From the NCBI GenBank assembly GCA_046319055.1, contig JBKCTK010000004.1, positions 1-49,592 on the forward strand: a stretch of 49,592 nucleotides of DNA, written 5' to 3'. This DNA is from Synechococcaceae cyanobacterium. Its GTDB lineage: Bacteria > Cyanobacteriota > Cyanobacteriia > PCC-6307 > Cyanobiaceae. The translations under genes and the position numbers were made by a program. Positions 40,580 to 49,592 of this stretch are shown piece after piece (the stretch's first letter is position 1; the number at the start of each line of letters is the position of its first letter). Below the pieces are notes generated by a model, which did no database searches, had not been told where the DNA came from, and saw only the letters and a list, made by a program, of their open reading frames with translations.

Positions 40580-40856
40580 CCTGATCAGCAACAAGGCTCC
40601 ACACCCTCAGGCCAAGCACAGTCTTCACAGGAATGTCGGCAGGAATCTGAAAAAGACGCTCCGCGTTGCTCTGCGGAGTTTTGATCCGCAACAAAGCTCC
40701 GCAGAGCCAACGATCACTGAATGAGGAATACTCACTAGCACCAATGAGCGCCCAAAAGCGAGGCGCCGGAAGCCATTTCTTGTCCTGCGTCATGAAGCAT
40801 TCCTCTGATGCGGAGCTTTGTTGCTGATCAGATGCGGAGTTTTGTTGCAGGACAGG
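40580..40856 (-). mobile_element. MITE family A' (116 bp net) interrupted by a family A copy
   Basis: TIR at 40580; second TIR split by the insertion; homologous to 11715-11836; flanks TGTGGGGA / CGTGGGGT. Confidence 0.75.
40680..40832 (+). mobile_element. MITE family A (153 bp), copy 3
   Basis: TIRs; perfect 8-bp duplication TGCGGAGT at 40672-40679 and 40833-40840. Confidence 0.9.
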
Positions 40857-41295
40857 CGTGGGGTTGACCCGGCAAAATCCGCCACTGGATGCCCCGTGAA
40901 GCTCTGCGGTTGAGGAAGGATGAACTCAACGCGCTCGGCCTCAAAGGCTGCTCCGTTGGCCCCATGGAGGAGCAGGTCTCCACCTCAATCTGGCCATCAA
41001 GCTCCGCCATTCTTTTGAGCCCTGGCTGAGCAGGGCGTGCTTGCGCCGTTGACCAGGAGAACCATGGAGTGCCACCCGCGTTCTCCAGCACGCGTGGAGA
41101 TGGTGCCATGGGCGCCCCCTGCCCATGGCGGCGCAGCAACCACGCGGCCTGAACCGAGGCCGGGCGTCAGCTCCCCCGGCCGACGGCAGGATGGGGGGAA
41201 GGTGCGCAGGAATGGCCTTGGCAGATGGCGCGTGCCTCGCCGACGGGCTGACCTGGCTAACACCCCAGAGCTGGGGATGTCGCGGCGGGAGGCGG

Positions 41296-42552
41296 TCAGC
41301 GTGGACGCCAGCACAGGCCGGGCTCGGCGACCACCAGGCCAGCCAGCTCCAAGTCGAGCAACTGGGGGAGGAGGCCATCCGGAGACAGACCCAGCCGCTG
41401 GCCGAGCTGCTCCAGCGAGGCTCCCTGGCCCAAGGCCCTGAGCAAGCGGAGTTGGCCGGGCGCCAGAGCCGCAGCCGGGCTGTGGGATGCGGGGGCCGCC
41501 CGGGCCAAGGGGCCCGGACCGAGCTGATCGGTGAGGTCTCGGGGTGTGAGCAGGGGCGTGGCGCCCTGGGCCAGCAGGCGATTGCTGCCAGCGGCTGAGG
41601 GCCGATCGACATCGGCCGGCACCACCCAGAGCGGCATGCCCTGCTGCCAAGCGAGACCGGCTGAATGCAGGGCACCGCTGGCCGTTGGGCACTCCACCAC
41701 CACGACCGCGCAGCTCACAGCGACCTGCAACCGGTTGCGACAGGCAAAGTGGGCGGGGTGAACAGCGCTGCCGGGAGGCTGCTCACTGAACAGCAGCCCG
41801 GCACGGCCCACCTGCTGCTGCAGAGCCTCGTGATGGCGGGGATAAACCCTCTCCAGCGGGGTGCCCCGCACACCGACGGGTGCTCCCTGGCGCGCCAGGC
41901 ATCCCTGGTGTGCTGCCGCATCGATGCCTTCGGCCAAGCCGCTGACTACGGGCCAACCCGCCATGGCGAGCTCGGCCCCGAGCCGTTCGGCGATGGCGAT
42001 TCCCTGGCGGGAGGGACGACGGGTTCCCACCACCGCCACGCCCTGCCGCCGTCCCAGGGCGGGCCAGAGGTTGCCACGGCCACGCCAGTAGAGGCCAAGC
42101 GGTGGGCGGTCCAGGTGGCTCAACCCCTGGGGCCAGGCCGGATCCCCCGGCACCAGAACGCCCAGATCGCGGCGAGGATGCCCGTGGAGGGCCGGCAATG
42201 GATCGTCCCCACACTGCTCGCGGTACCGCAGCCAGCCCGCCTGCAACCGCGGCGACCATGCCAACTGCTCGCCGATGGCTTGCGGCGGGGCCCGCCAGGC
42301 CCGCTCCAGGGTCCCAAAACTTTGCTCCAGGCGTCGCAACCGCACCCAGCCGACGCCGGGACAGCGACTCCAGAGCAGCCACCACAAGCGGCGGGGTTGC
42401 GGCCAAGGCGCCGATGCGGAACCGCCATGGCCCGCCGTGCCTGCGGCCTTGGCGCCAGATCCGGCTGCTGGGCACCAGGCCCGCTCCGCATCTCCGCCAG
42501 CCCCGAAACGACAGCGCAGCAGATCTCCCATGGCCAACAGCAAGGCCGTCAA
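41296..42552 (-). CDS. dprA: DNA-protecting protein DprA
   Basis: PPLGLY.RG, AVVGTR, VVSGLAEGIDAAAH, FACRNRL, SGALHSA, GSNRLL, C-terminal winged helix; start uncertain. Confidence 0.93.
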   Translation of the reverse strand: MTALLLAMGDLLRCRFGAGGDAERAWCPAAGSGAKAAGTAGHGGSASAPWPQPRRLWWLLWSRCPGVGWVRLRRLEQSFGTLERAWRAPPQAIGEQLAWSPRLQAGWLRYREQCGDDPLPALHGHPRRDLGVLVPGDPAWPQGLSHLDRPPLGLYWRGRGNLWPALGRRQGVAVVGTRRPSRQGIAIAERLGAELAMAGWPVVSGLAEGIDAAAHQGCLARQGAPVGVRGTPLERVYPRHHEALQQQVGRAGLLFSEQPPGSAVHPAHFACRNRLQVAVSCAVVVVECPTASGALHSAGLAWQQGMPLWVVPADVDRPSAAGSNRLLAQGATPLLTPRDLTDQLGPGPLARAAPASHSPAAALAPGQLRLLRALGQGASLEQLGQRLGLSPDGLLPQLLDLELAGLVVAEPGLCWRPR

Positions 42553-42564
42553 AGCACAAATGTA

Positions 42565-43035
42565 CTACGACCAGCCCTCGGGTCCCGCCTCCAGCCGCGC
42601 CACCGCGTTGGCCAGATCTGGCGGCAACTGCCGCAACAGCCGCCGGCGACGCGGCCCACCCGAAAGATCCACCAACACCAGATCCACCCTGGCCTCAGCC
42701 GCCAGCGCCCCAAGGCTTGTGTAAAAGCGGCTGGTCCAGGGGAAGCGCGGCCCCCGCCGCGGCGCCACCGTGCTCCACACCTCCACGCTGTCTCCGTGCA
42801 GCAATGCCTGGCGGTAGTCGATCGCCAGCGACACCACGGGCAGCTCCAGGCCCCGGGCCGAAAGATCGCTGTAGGCCAGACCCGCAGCCGCCAGGGCCTC
42901 CACCCTGGCCTCCTCCAGCCAAGCCAGGTAACTGCCGTGCCACATCACCCCAGCGTGGTCGGTGTGCTGGGGCAGCACGCGGCGCCGCAGGCACCAGCCG
43001 CGCCGCAGGGCCGGATCCTCTGGGGTGGATTGCAT
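42565..43035 (-). CDS. Acyl-CoA thioesterase (4HBT/YbgC family)
   Basis: VLPQHTDHAGVMWHGSYLAWLEEARVE. Confidence 0.88.
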   Translation of the reverse strand: MQSTPEDPALRRGWCLRRRVLPQHTDHAGVMWHGSYLAWLEEARVEALAAAGLAYSDLSARGLELPVVSLAIDYRQALLHGDSVEVWSTVAPRRGPRFPWTSRFYTSLGALAAEARVDLVLVDLSGGPRRRRLLRQLPPDLANAVARLEAGPEGWS

Positions 43036-43107
43036 CACGGTGTGCGAGAGGTGAGTAACGAGGCTGACATTTCGGCCATAGGCTGCTGCCGAGCCCCATC
43101 CGATCCC

Positions 43108-43956
43108 GTGTTCCGCAACCTTCTCGTCGCTGATGCCGGCAAAGGCAACGTTGAGGAGATGGTGCGCATGCTGCGCACCATTCCACCCTGCCGTCAGGCC
43201 CGGATCAACCTGTTGCATGTGATTCCCGAGCAGGCTGGCGCGGATCTCCAGGAGCACCGCGAGCGGGCCCAAACCCTGGTTCAGGAGGCGGTCGGGCGGA
43301 TCGGGCTGAGCCCCACCGAGGCCACCACGATCGTGCGGGAGGGGGATGCCAAGCAGACCGTGCTGAAGGTGGCCGATGAGATCGATGCCGATCTGATCGT
43401 GATGGGCTCCCGCGCCCTTGGCCGCTTGCAGGCGATCCTCGGCAACAGCGCCAGCCAGTACGTGTTTCAGCTCTCGACCCGGCCGATGTTGCTGGTGCGA
43501 GACGATCTCTATATCCGGGCGATCAATCGAGTGCTGGTCACGGTGGATGGCACCGGCGTCGGCGATGACGCCATCAAACTGGCCTGTGAACTGGTCCAAG
43601 GCATCCCGGGCGGGGTCCTCACCGGCGTGCATGTCAGCCGCCAGGATCTCACCCCTTCCCGGGGCGGCCGTTCACCCGCCGACGAAGTGCTCGACAAGGC
43701 GGTGCAACGCGCCCGGGCCTACGGGGTGGAGCTCAAACCGCTCCACCGCACCGGAGATGTGGGCCGCACGGTCTGCGACGCGGCCACCGAAACCAAGGCC
43801 GATCTGGTGGTGATCGCCTCCCAGGACCGACGGCCCCTGGTGGCCAAGGCCCTCGTGGATCTTGACCGCTTACTAGGCAGCTCGGTCAGCGACTACATCC
43901 GGGTGCACGCCCCGGCCCCGGTGCTGTTGGTGCGGGAGCCCGAGGGGCGGGGTTGA
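43108..43956 (+). CDS. Tandem-domain universal stress protein
   Basis: GTG start, FRNLLVAD; DLIVMGSR..LG.SASQYV; second domain LLGSSVSDYIRVHAPAPVLLVR. Confidence 0.92.
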   Translation: MFRNLLVADAGKGNVEEMVRMLRTIPPCRQARINLLHVIPEQAGADLQEHRERAQTLVQEAVGRIGLSPTEATTIVREGDAKQTVLKVADEIDADLIVMGSRALGRLQAILGNSASQYVFQLSTRPMLLVRDDLYIRAINRVLVTVDGTGVGDDAIKLACELVQGIPGGVLTGVHVSRQDLTPSRGGRSPADEVLDKAVQRARAYGVELKPLHRTGDVGRTVCDAATETKADLVVIASQDRRPLVAKALVDLDRLLGSSVSDYIRVHAPAPVLLVREPEGRG

Positions 43957-44130
43957 GCGCTTCAAGGCCTCACGGCGCCGATGGCGCTGGCCGGGCCAAG
44001 AGCCGCGTCCGTGAGCTGAAGGGCTGTCGACCCGGATCACACCGCGGACCTGCCTGGCGACTCCGCATCCGCCGATGGGGCTTTTGAAGCCCAGCAACTT
44101 CGCCGTGGGGCAGGAGTTGGGAGATCGTGA

Positions 44131-44353
44131 CCTGATCTGGAACCAAGCTCCGCAGAGCCAACGATCACTGGAGGACACCTCGAAAAATCGCTCCTTGCGG
44201 AGCCGCAGGCTCAGCCTGGCCCACGCCAGCAAATGAGTCTCACCTGGGTCAGTCACGGGAGACAGGCATTTTTCGAGGTCCCCTGGAGGAGAAAGGCTGA
44301 CTGGCATCCATGAGCGCCCAAAGGCCAGGAGCCGGAAACCAGTTTTTGCCAGG
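44131..44353 (+). mobile_element. MITE family A, copy 4; right-truncated and carrying a nested family C element
   Basis: Left TIR CCTGATCTGGAACCAAGCTCCGCAGAGCC; homology resumes after 44283 and stops at TTGCCAGG (44353); flanks GATCGTGA / CAACGTGA. Confidence 0.8.
44173..44283. mobile_element. MITE family C (about 110 bp)
   Basis: TIRs GGACACCTCGAAAAAT / ATTTTTCGAGGTCCCC; TGGA (CTGGAG) duplicated; removing it restores family A spacing. Confidence 0.82.
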
Positions 44354-44967
44354 CAACGTGATGATTGATCCAGGCTCAAGCTGGCAGAAGCCCGAGTTGC
44401 CGCAGGCGCATCACGCTCACGTCGTGCGCCCACGCACTAGTTCGCCCAAAAATTCTTCGCTCCCATGGGCTGGCTCGCTGCGCCAGGTCGCTGGGAGTGA
44501 ACCCACGGGGCCCAAGCCTCAACGTTCGCCGACATCACCGACTTTCAGATCTCTCCCGTCTTTCCAGCACAGCGCCTGGGGGTGAGCCAGGCGGCAATCC
44601 AAAGCACCACTTCGAGGAGTTCCCGAGCCAGAAACCAGCGTGAAGCGTCCGCGGCGGACAACCGGCGGAACTGGTTCGGGCTCCGGGTCGGCTCAGATTC
44701 GACGGGCAACGCCGATCTCTCACCCCCCGCCATGAAGAAAGCGGGGGACAATGGGCTGCAAGCCTGCGTTTTGCCCCTCGCGAAAGCTCCTTGCAGGACC
44801 ACCAGGGCCGCGCCGACCGGACCTACCGCGACGGGGTGGGCTGCAAGGGTGATCAGGAAGGTGCTCCAACCTGGATGGGCTCGATCGGCAGGCTCCCAGT
44901 GGGAACGACGGCCTCGGGGAGCCGAGGGTTGACCGCGCCGCTCAACCCCAAGGCGGGGAGCCTGAAC

Positions 44968-45075
44968 TCAGCTGCTCTGACGGCTGTTGGTCTGGATGTA
45001 AAGGATGATCAGGAAGACCGCCGGCACCAGAACGAACAGCAGGCTGGCGACAAAGCCGAGGTCGTTGGTTTCCAT
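44968..45075 (-). CDS. psbM: Photosystem II protein M
   Basis: Hand translation [35 protein letters not shown]. Confidence 0.97.
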   Translation of the reverse strand: METNDLGFVASLLFVLVPAVFLIILYIQTNSRQSS

Positions 45076-45123
45076 GGGAGCGTGGGAGGTGAGCAGACCG
45101 TATCACCGCGAATCCGGGCAGGA

Positions 45124-45618
45124 TCAGGCGTCTTCATCGCTCGTTGCGGAAGCGCCCCCAGCCCCCGGGGCCAGGGGCGCGCTGCCAGCCTCGGCGCCAG
45201 CTTGAGCCGCGTCATCAGGCTCCCCAGCGGCCGGGACCGGCCAGCTGGTGGGCCCGGTGGGAAGGGGGCGGGCCCTGGACGCATCGAGCAAACCCTGGCG
45301 GTCAGGCAGGTTCACCTGGGGGCGGGTGATCACCAACAGCGATTCCTGCACCAGGGCTTGGCAAGCAAGCCGCCAGTTCTGGGGGCGGCGCCGCAGCTTC
45401 TGGTCCTCCACCACGGTCCGCGGGCTGAGGGCGGCGTCAGGCGTGCCGTCGGCCACCTCCACAAAACAGGTGATGCATTGGCCGCAGCCCCCGCAGTTGC
45501 CGAGCTTGCCCTTGAGCCCGTAGAGCTCGACACCCTCCCGCAGGGCCACCTCGCGCAGGTTCTCTCCCGGATAGCAGGGGATGTCGCGGCCTTCGCGGAC
45601 GAAGCGAATCATCGGCAT
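45124..45618 (-). CDS. 2Fe-2S ferredoxin-like protein
   Basis: GENLREVAL, NCGGCGQCITC, WRLACQ; usual neighbour of psbM/psbB. Confidence 0.92.
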   Translation of the reverse strand: MPMIRFVREGRDIPCYPGENLREVALREGVELYGLKGKLGNCGGCGQCITCFVEVADGTPDAALSPRTVVEDQKLRRRPQNWRLACQALVQESLLVITRPQVNLPDRQGLLDASRARPLPTGPTSWPVPAAGEPDDAAQAGAEAGSAPLAPGAGGASATSDEDA

Positions 45619-45986
45619 GGCGGCAGGGCGGCTCCGCTCCATTTTGAAGCCCCATCGCGGCGAGGAAGCCAGGGAACGGGTTCAGCAGCCCGGGGGACAA
45701 GGGAGATCGGCAGCGACGGGCCGGCTGCGCCACCAGGGGCGTTGGCCGATCCGGCCCATCTCGGGGTGGAGGGCCAACCCCGCGGGGCGCCACCAACCCA
45801 ACAAAATCGCCGCGGCTGCGCCGTTTTCAGAGCCTGTGGTCGCCGATCCAGTTGCGGTCCGTAACCAGCGAGCTCGGCAAGCGGTCCACAACCCTTACCA
45901 TCGCCTGGTTCGGATCGGCTTCGCCGGTCATCCAATACGCCGACCTCCTGGTCTGCGTCCACCCACCCCAGACCTCACCCCCTCCT

Positions 45987-47546
45987 ATGGGATTGCCCTG
46001 GTACCGGGTGCACACGGTCGTGATCAACGACCCGGGCCGATTGCTCGCCGTGCACCTCATGCACACCGCCTTGGTTGCCGGCTGGGCCGGTTCCATGGCG
46101 CTCTACGAGCTCGCCATTTTTGATCCCTCCGATCCGGTCCTGAACCCCATGTGGCGTCAGGGCATGTTTGTGATGCCCTTCATGGCCCGCCTGGGCGTGA
46201 CCGGCAGCTGGGGGGGCTGGAGCATCACCGGCGAGACCGGCGTCGACCCTGGCTTCTGGAGCTTTGAGGGGGTCGCGGCGGCCCACATCATCTTCAGCGG
46301 CCTGCTCTTCCTGGCCGCTATCTGGCACTGGACCTACTGGGATCTCGAAATCTGGCAGGACCCCCGCACTGGTGAGCCCGCCCTCGATCTTCCCAAGATC
46401 TTCGGTATTCACCTGCTGCTCGCTGGTCTCGGCTGCTTCGGCTTCGGAGCTTTCCACCTCACCGGTGTGTTTGGTCCGGGCATGTGGGTCTCAGATCCCT
46501 ATGGCATCACCGGCCACATTGAAAAAGTTCAGCCAGCCTGGGGGCCAGAAGGCTTTAATCCCTTCAACCCCGGTGGCATCGTCGCCCACCACATCGCTGC
46601 TGGAATCGTTGGCATCATCGCCGGCATTTTCCACATCACTACTCGCCCACCCGAGCGCCTGTACAAGGCCTTGCGGATGGGCAACATCGAAACGGTTCTA
46701 GCGAGCGCCATTGCGGCTGTGTTTTTCGCCGCCTTCATTGTGGCTGGAACCATGTGGTACGGCTGTGCTGCGACCCCAGTTGAGCTGTTTGGCCCCACCC
46801 GCTATCAATGGGACCAGAGTTACTTCAAAACTGAAATCAACCGCCGCGTTCAGTCTGCCATCGACAATGGCGCTTCGAAGGAGCAGGCCTGGGCGGCCAT
46901 TCCTGAAAAGTTGGCCTTCTACGACTACGTTGGCAATAGCCCCGCGAAGGGTGGCCTGTTCCGTGTCGGCCCGATGGTGAATGGCGATGGTCTTCCCACC
47001 GGCTGGCTTGGCCACATTGCCTTCACCGACAAGGACGGTCATGACCTCCAGGTGCGACGCCTTCCCAACTTCTTCGAGAACTTCCCCGTGGTTCTCCAGG
47101 ATCAAGATGGCGTGGTTCGGGCCGACATCCCCTTCCGCCGGGCCGAGGCCAAATACTCCTTCGAACAGCAGGGAGTAACCGCGACGGTGTATGGCGGAAC
47201 CCTCAACGGCAAGACCTTCTCCGATCCTGCCGATGTGAAGCGCCTGGCCCGCAAGGCCCAACTTGGTGAAGAGTTCGACTTCGATCGCGACACCTACCAC
47301 TCCGATGGCACCTTCCGCAGCTCACCTCGCGGCTGGTTCACCTTCGGCCATGCCTCCTTCGCGCTCCTCTTCTTCTTCGGACACATCTGGCACGGTGCCC
47401 GCACCCTGTTCCGTGACGTGTTCGCCGGTATCGACCCCGACCTTGGAGAGCAGGTCGAGTTCGGCCTGTTCCAGAAGCTGGGTGACCGCAGTACCCGGCG
47501 CCTTCCCGAGGGCTACGTCCCTCCGGCTGGAACCACCCTCAGCTGA
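45987..47546 (+). CDS. psbB: Photosystem II CP47 protein
   Basis: [19 protein letters not shown]...[19 protein letters not shown]. Confidence 0.99.
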   Translation: MGLPWYRVHTVVINDPGRLLAVHLMHTALVAGWAGSMALYELAIFDPSDPVLNPMWRQGMFVMPFMARLGVTGSWGGWSITGETGVDPGFWSFEGVAAAHIIFSGLLFLAAIWHWTYWDLEIWQDPRTGEPALDLPKIFGIHLLLAGLGCFGFGAFHLTGVFGPGMWVSDPYGITGHIEKVQPAWGPEGFNPFNPGGIVAHHIAAGIVGIIAGIFHITTRPPERLYKALRMGNIETVLASAIAAVFFAAFIVAGTMWYGCAATPVELFGPTRYQWDQSYFKTEINRRVQSAIDNGASKEQAWAAIPEKLAFYDYVGNSPAKGGLFRVGPMVNGDGLPTGWLGHIAFTDKDGHDLQVRRLPNFFENFPVVLQDQDGVVRADIPFRRAEAKYSFEQQGVTATVYGGTLNGKTFSDPADVKRLARKAQLGEEFDFDRDTYHSDGTFRSSPRGWFTFGHASFALLFFFGHIWHGARTLFRDVFAGIDPDLGEQVEFGLFQKLGDRSTRRLPEGYVPPAGTTLS

Positions 47547-47582
47547 CCGTCGGCCCCCCTTCCCCCCGCAAGGATCCTCCCC

Positions 47583-47678
47583 ATGGAGAGCTTCGCTTAC
47601 ATCCTCATCCTGGCCCTGGCCGTCTCCACGCTGTTCTTCGCCATCGCCTTCCGCGATCCCCCGAAGATCGGCAAGTGA
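47583..47678 (+). CDS. psbT: Photosystem II protein T
   Basis: Hand translation [31 protein letters not shown]. Confidence 0.97.
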   Translation: MESFAYILILALAVSTLFFAIAFRDPPKIGK

Positions 47679-47717
47679 GCTGATCCCCAGCCCACCAGGC
47701 CCTGCGTTTCCACTAGC

Positions 47718-47749
47718 AACCCCTGTCCAGCTGGGCAGGGGTTTTTCTT
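47718..47749 (+). terminator. Intrinsic terminator of psbB-psbT
   Basis: AACCCCTGTCCAGCTGGGCAGGGGTT hairpin followed by TTTCTT. Confidence 0.8.
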
Positions 47750-47838
47750 GTGGCGTCAGCAGAGGGGTGGGCCCAAGACTCCCCTGGCACTCCCGAGGCC
47801 CCTCGAATCCATTCCGGGCTTCAACCCGGGGCTGCTGC

Positions 47839-48144
47839 CAGGGCTGCCTGAAAGTTGCACTTCTGAGCTCGCAAGGCTTCGGTTCTGCTGCAATCCGGGA
47901 CCTGATCAGCAATAAAGCGCCGCAAAGCCAACGATCACCGGCTGAGGAATGCGGACTGGCACAGATGAGCGCCCAAAGGCGAGGCGCCGGAAGCCCGTTC
48001 TTGCCAGGCGTGAGAACGCCTTCCTCTGATGAGGAGCTTTGTTGCTGATCAGAATCCGGGATGATCCTGCAGGAGCTCACGGGAGTCCTGGCGGCACCGA
48101 GGCCGTGAGATCAGGCCGCTGCGGAGACCTTTGAGGCAGCCCTG
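47839..48144 (+). mobile_element. MITE family B interrupted by family A copy 5
   Basis: TIRs CAGGGCTGCCT / AGGCAGCCCTG; flanks GGGCTGCTGC / GGTTTGCTGC (8/10). Confidence 0.85.
47901..48053 (+). mobile_element. MITE family A (153 bp), copy 5
   Basis: TIRs; perfect 8-bp duplication ATCCGGGA at 47893-47900 and 48054-48061. Confidence 0.9.
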
Positions 48145-48277
48145 GGTTTGCTGCTGATCTGGCCTGGGACTCTGGGCCGAGCACGCCCGTCAACCGGCAT
48201 GGCGATGAAAGCCAGGCGCCCCTAGGCAGAAGCCCTTAGGCTGCTTAAACTTGCCTGACACACCCGGGATAGCGGGG

Positions 48278-48775
48278 ATGCAATGCCCCTCCTGCCAGCA
48301 CACGGACAGCAGGGTCCTGGAATCACGGGCTGCCGATTCGGGGCGCAGCGTGCGTCGTCGACGCGAGTGTCTGCACTGCGATTTTCGCTTCACCACCTAC
48401 GAACGGGTGGAGACGGTGCCGATCACGGTCGTCAAGCGCAATGGCAGCCGCGAGGCCTTCAACCGCGCCAAGCTTTTGCATGGCCTACTGCGGGCCTGCG
48501 AGAAAACCGGCCTTGAGCCTGCCCGGCTCGAACAGGTGGTGGATGACATCGAACTGGTGCTGCAGCAGCGCAGCGGCCGGGAAGTCAGCAGCAATGAGAT
48601 CGGCGAACTGGTGTTGCAGCAGCTTCGGGAGATGAGCGAAGTGGCCTACGTGCGTTTCGCCTCCGTCTATCGCCAGTTCCAGGGGGTCAGCGACTTCGTC
48701 GCCACCCTTGATGGTCTGAGCAAGCCAGCCTCCCAGCGCACCCGCTCCCGCAACAGCCTTGTGGTGCTCAACTGA
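48278..48775 (+). CDS. nrdR: Transcriptional repressor NrdR
   Basis: [31 protein letters not shown] cone, [10 protein letters not shown]. Confidence 0.97.
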   Translation: MQCPSCQHTDSRVLESRAADSGRSVRRRRECLHCDFRFTTYERVETVPITVVKRNGSREAFNRAKLLHGLLRACEKTGLEPARLEQVVDDIELVLQQRSGREVSSNEIGELVLQQLREMSEVAYVRFASVYRQFQGVSDFVATLDGLSKPASQRTRSRNSLVVLN

Positions 48776-48896
48776 AGCTGTTGTAAGCCCAGAGACCATC
48801 GATCCCCCAGTTGGTAGGATCATCCATCGGGCGTGAGCTGCTGGCGGGCAGGCACGCACTCTCCTTCGTCCTGCCCTTGGCAGCCCGCCGTGTTCC

Positions 48897-49592
48897 ATGA
48901 CCGTGACTCCGTCCTCCGACCTCGGGGCCCTGAGCGACACCAGCGAGACAGGTTCAGCCGTGGCCGATGTCTTTGTGGACGCGGAGCTGGAGGCGTCCGT
49001 GATCGACGAGCTCGACCTGGACATCCCGGAGGAGGTGCCGAGTGCCGACGCCTCGAGCAGCCGCACAAGCCGTCGCGATACGGATGGCGCTGGCTTCACG
49101 CTCGATGAATTCGCCTCACTGCTGAGCAAGTACGACTATAATTTCAAGCCAGGAGATATCGTCAACGGCACAGTCTTTGCCCTTGAATCTAAGGGTGCGA
49201 TGATCGATATCGGCGCCAAGACAGCCGCCTTCATGCCCTTGCAGGAGGTCTCGATCAACCGGGTTGAGCATCTCTCTGATGTGCTTGAGCCCGGCGAGGT
49301 GCGTGAGTTTTTCATCCTCAGCGAAGAAAATGAGGACGGCCAGCTCACACTCTCGATCCGCCGCATCGAATATCAGCGTGCCTGGGAGAGGGTTCGCCAG
49401 CTGCAGAAGGAAGACGCCACCATCTACAGCGAAGTGTTTGCCACCAACCGCGGTGGCGCCCTGGTGCGGGTGGAGGGCCTGCGCGGCTTCATCCCCGGCA
49501 GCCACATCAGCACCCGCCAGCCCCCGGAAGATCTTGTGGCCGACTTCCTGCCCCGGAAGTTCCTGGATGTGGTCGAGGAGCGCAACCGGCTC
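48897..49592 (+). CDS. rpsA: 30S ribosomal protein S1; 3' end runs off the window
   Basis: Not in the ORF track; hand translation includes FTLDEFASLLSKYDYNFKPGDIVNGTV..IDIGAKTAAFMP..LSIRRIEYQRAWERVRQ..NRGGALVRVEGLRGFIPGSH. Confidence 0.96.
   Translation, partial: MTVTPSSDLGALSDTSETGSAVADVFVDAELEASVIDELDLDIPEEVPSADASSSRTSRRDTDGAGFTLDEFASLLSKYDYNFKPGDIVNGTVFALESKGAMIDIGAKTAAFMPLQEVSINRVEHLSDVLEPGEVREFFILSEENEDGQLTLSIRRIEYQRAWERVRQLQKEDATIYSEVFATNRGGALVRVEGLRGFIPGSHISTRQPPEDLVADFLPRKFLDVVEERNRL

Noticed and set aside
41665-43107. Apparent 763-aa USP fusion
   Set aside because: The N-terminal 481 codons are antisense to dprA and the thioesterase; the USP starts at GTG 43108.
44889-44965. Long inverted repeat downstream of psbM (CAGGCTCCC...GGGAGCCTG)
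   Set aside because: Best explained as an ordinary 3' stabilising or terminating structure; no evidence for a separate ncRNA.
11181-48053. Repeats interpreted as a CRISPR array or as in-frame coding repeats
   Set aside because: Copies are dispersed with TIRs and TSDs and have no spacers or cas genes. Although 153 bp is a multiple of 3, element plus TSD is 161 bp and all copies are intergenic. Shared peptides in ORFs such as 24453-24698 and 47322-48080 are repeat artefacts.

Overview
GC-rich picocyanobacterial chromosome segment, most like Cyanobium or freshwater Synechococcus judging by psbB/psbT/psbM, chlM, ycf29 and overall gene order. The core backbone runs cysC, AI-2E transporter, purE, nagA, chlM, RluA-family gene, ycf29, iscS, then tsaC, prmC, dprA, thioesterase, USP, psbM, 2Fe-2S protein, psbB, psbT, nrdR, rpsA. 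Accessory material: (1) a type I restriction hsdR running off the left edge; (2) a lower-GC island of about 5.7 kb holding two paralogous secreted proteins with VPGPLP-type PEP-CTERM-like tails, an HpsJ-like membrane protein and a sterol-desaturase-family enzyme, bracketed by a decayed chlM copy on the left and the intact chlM on the right; (3) a membrane c-di-GMP enzyme with an unusual order (degenerate GGDEF, EAL, GAF-like, GGEEF) beside a ggt pseudogene and an OmpR/EnvZ-like pair; (4) at least four families of miniature inverted-repeat elements (MITEs), several with clear target-site duplications, repeatedly nested inside one another. No rRNA, tRNA, CRISPR array or transposase gene was recognised. 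All family calls come from motif recognition by eye; no database search was run.
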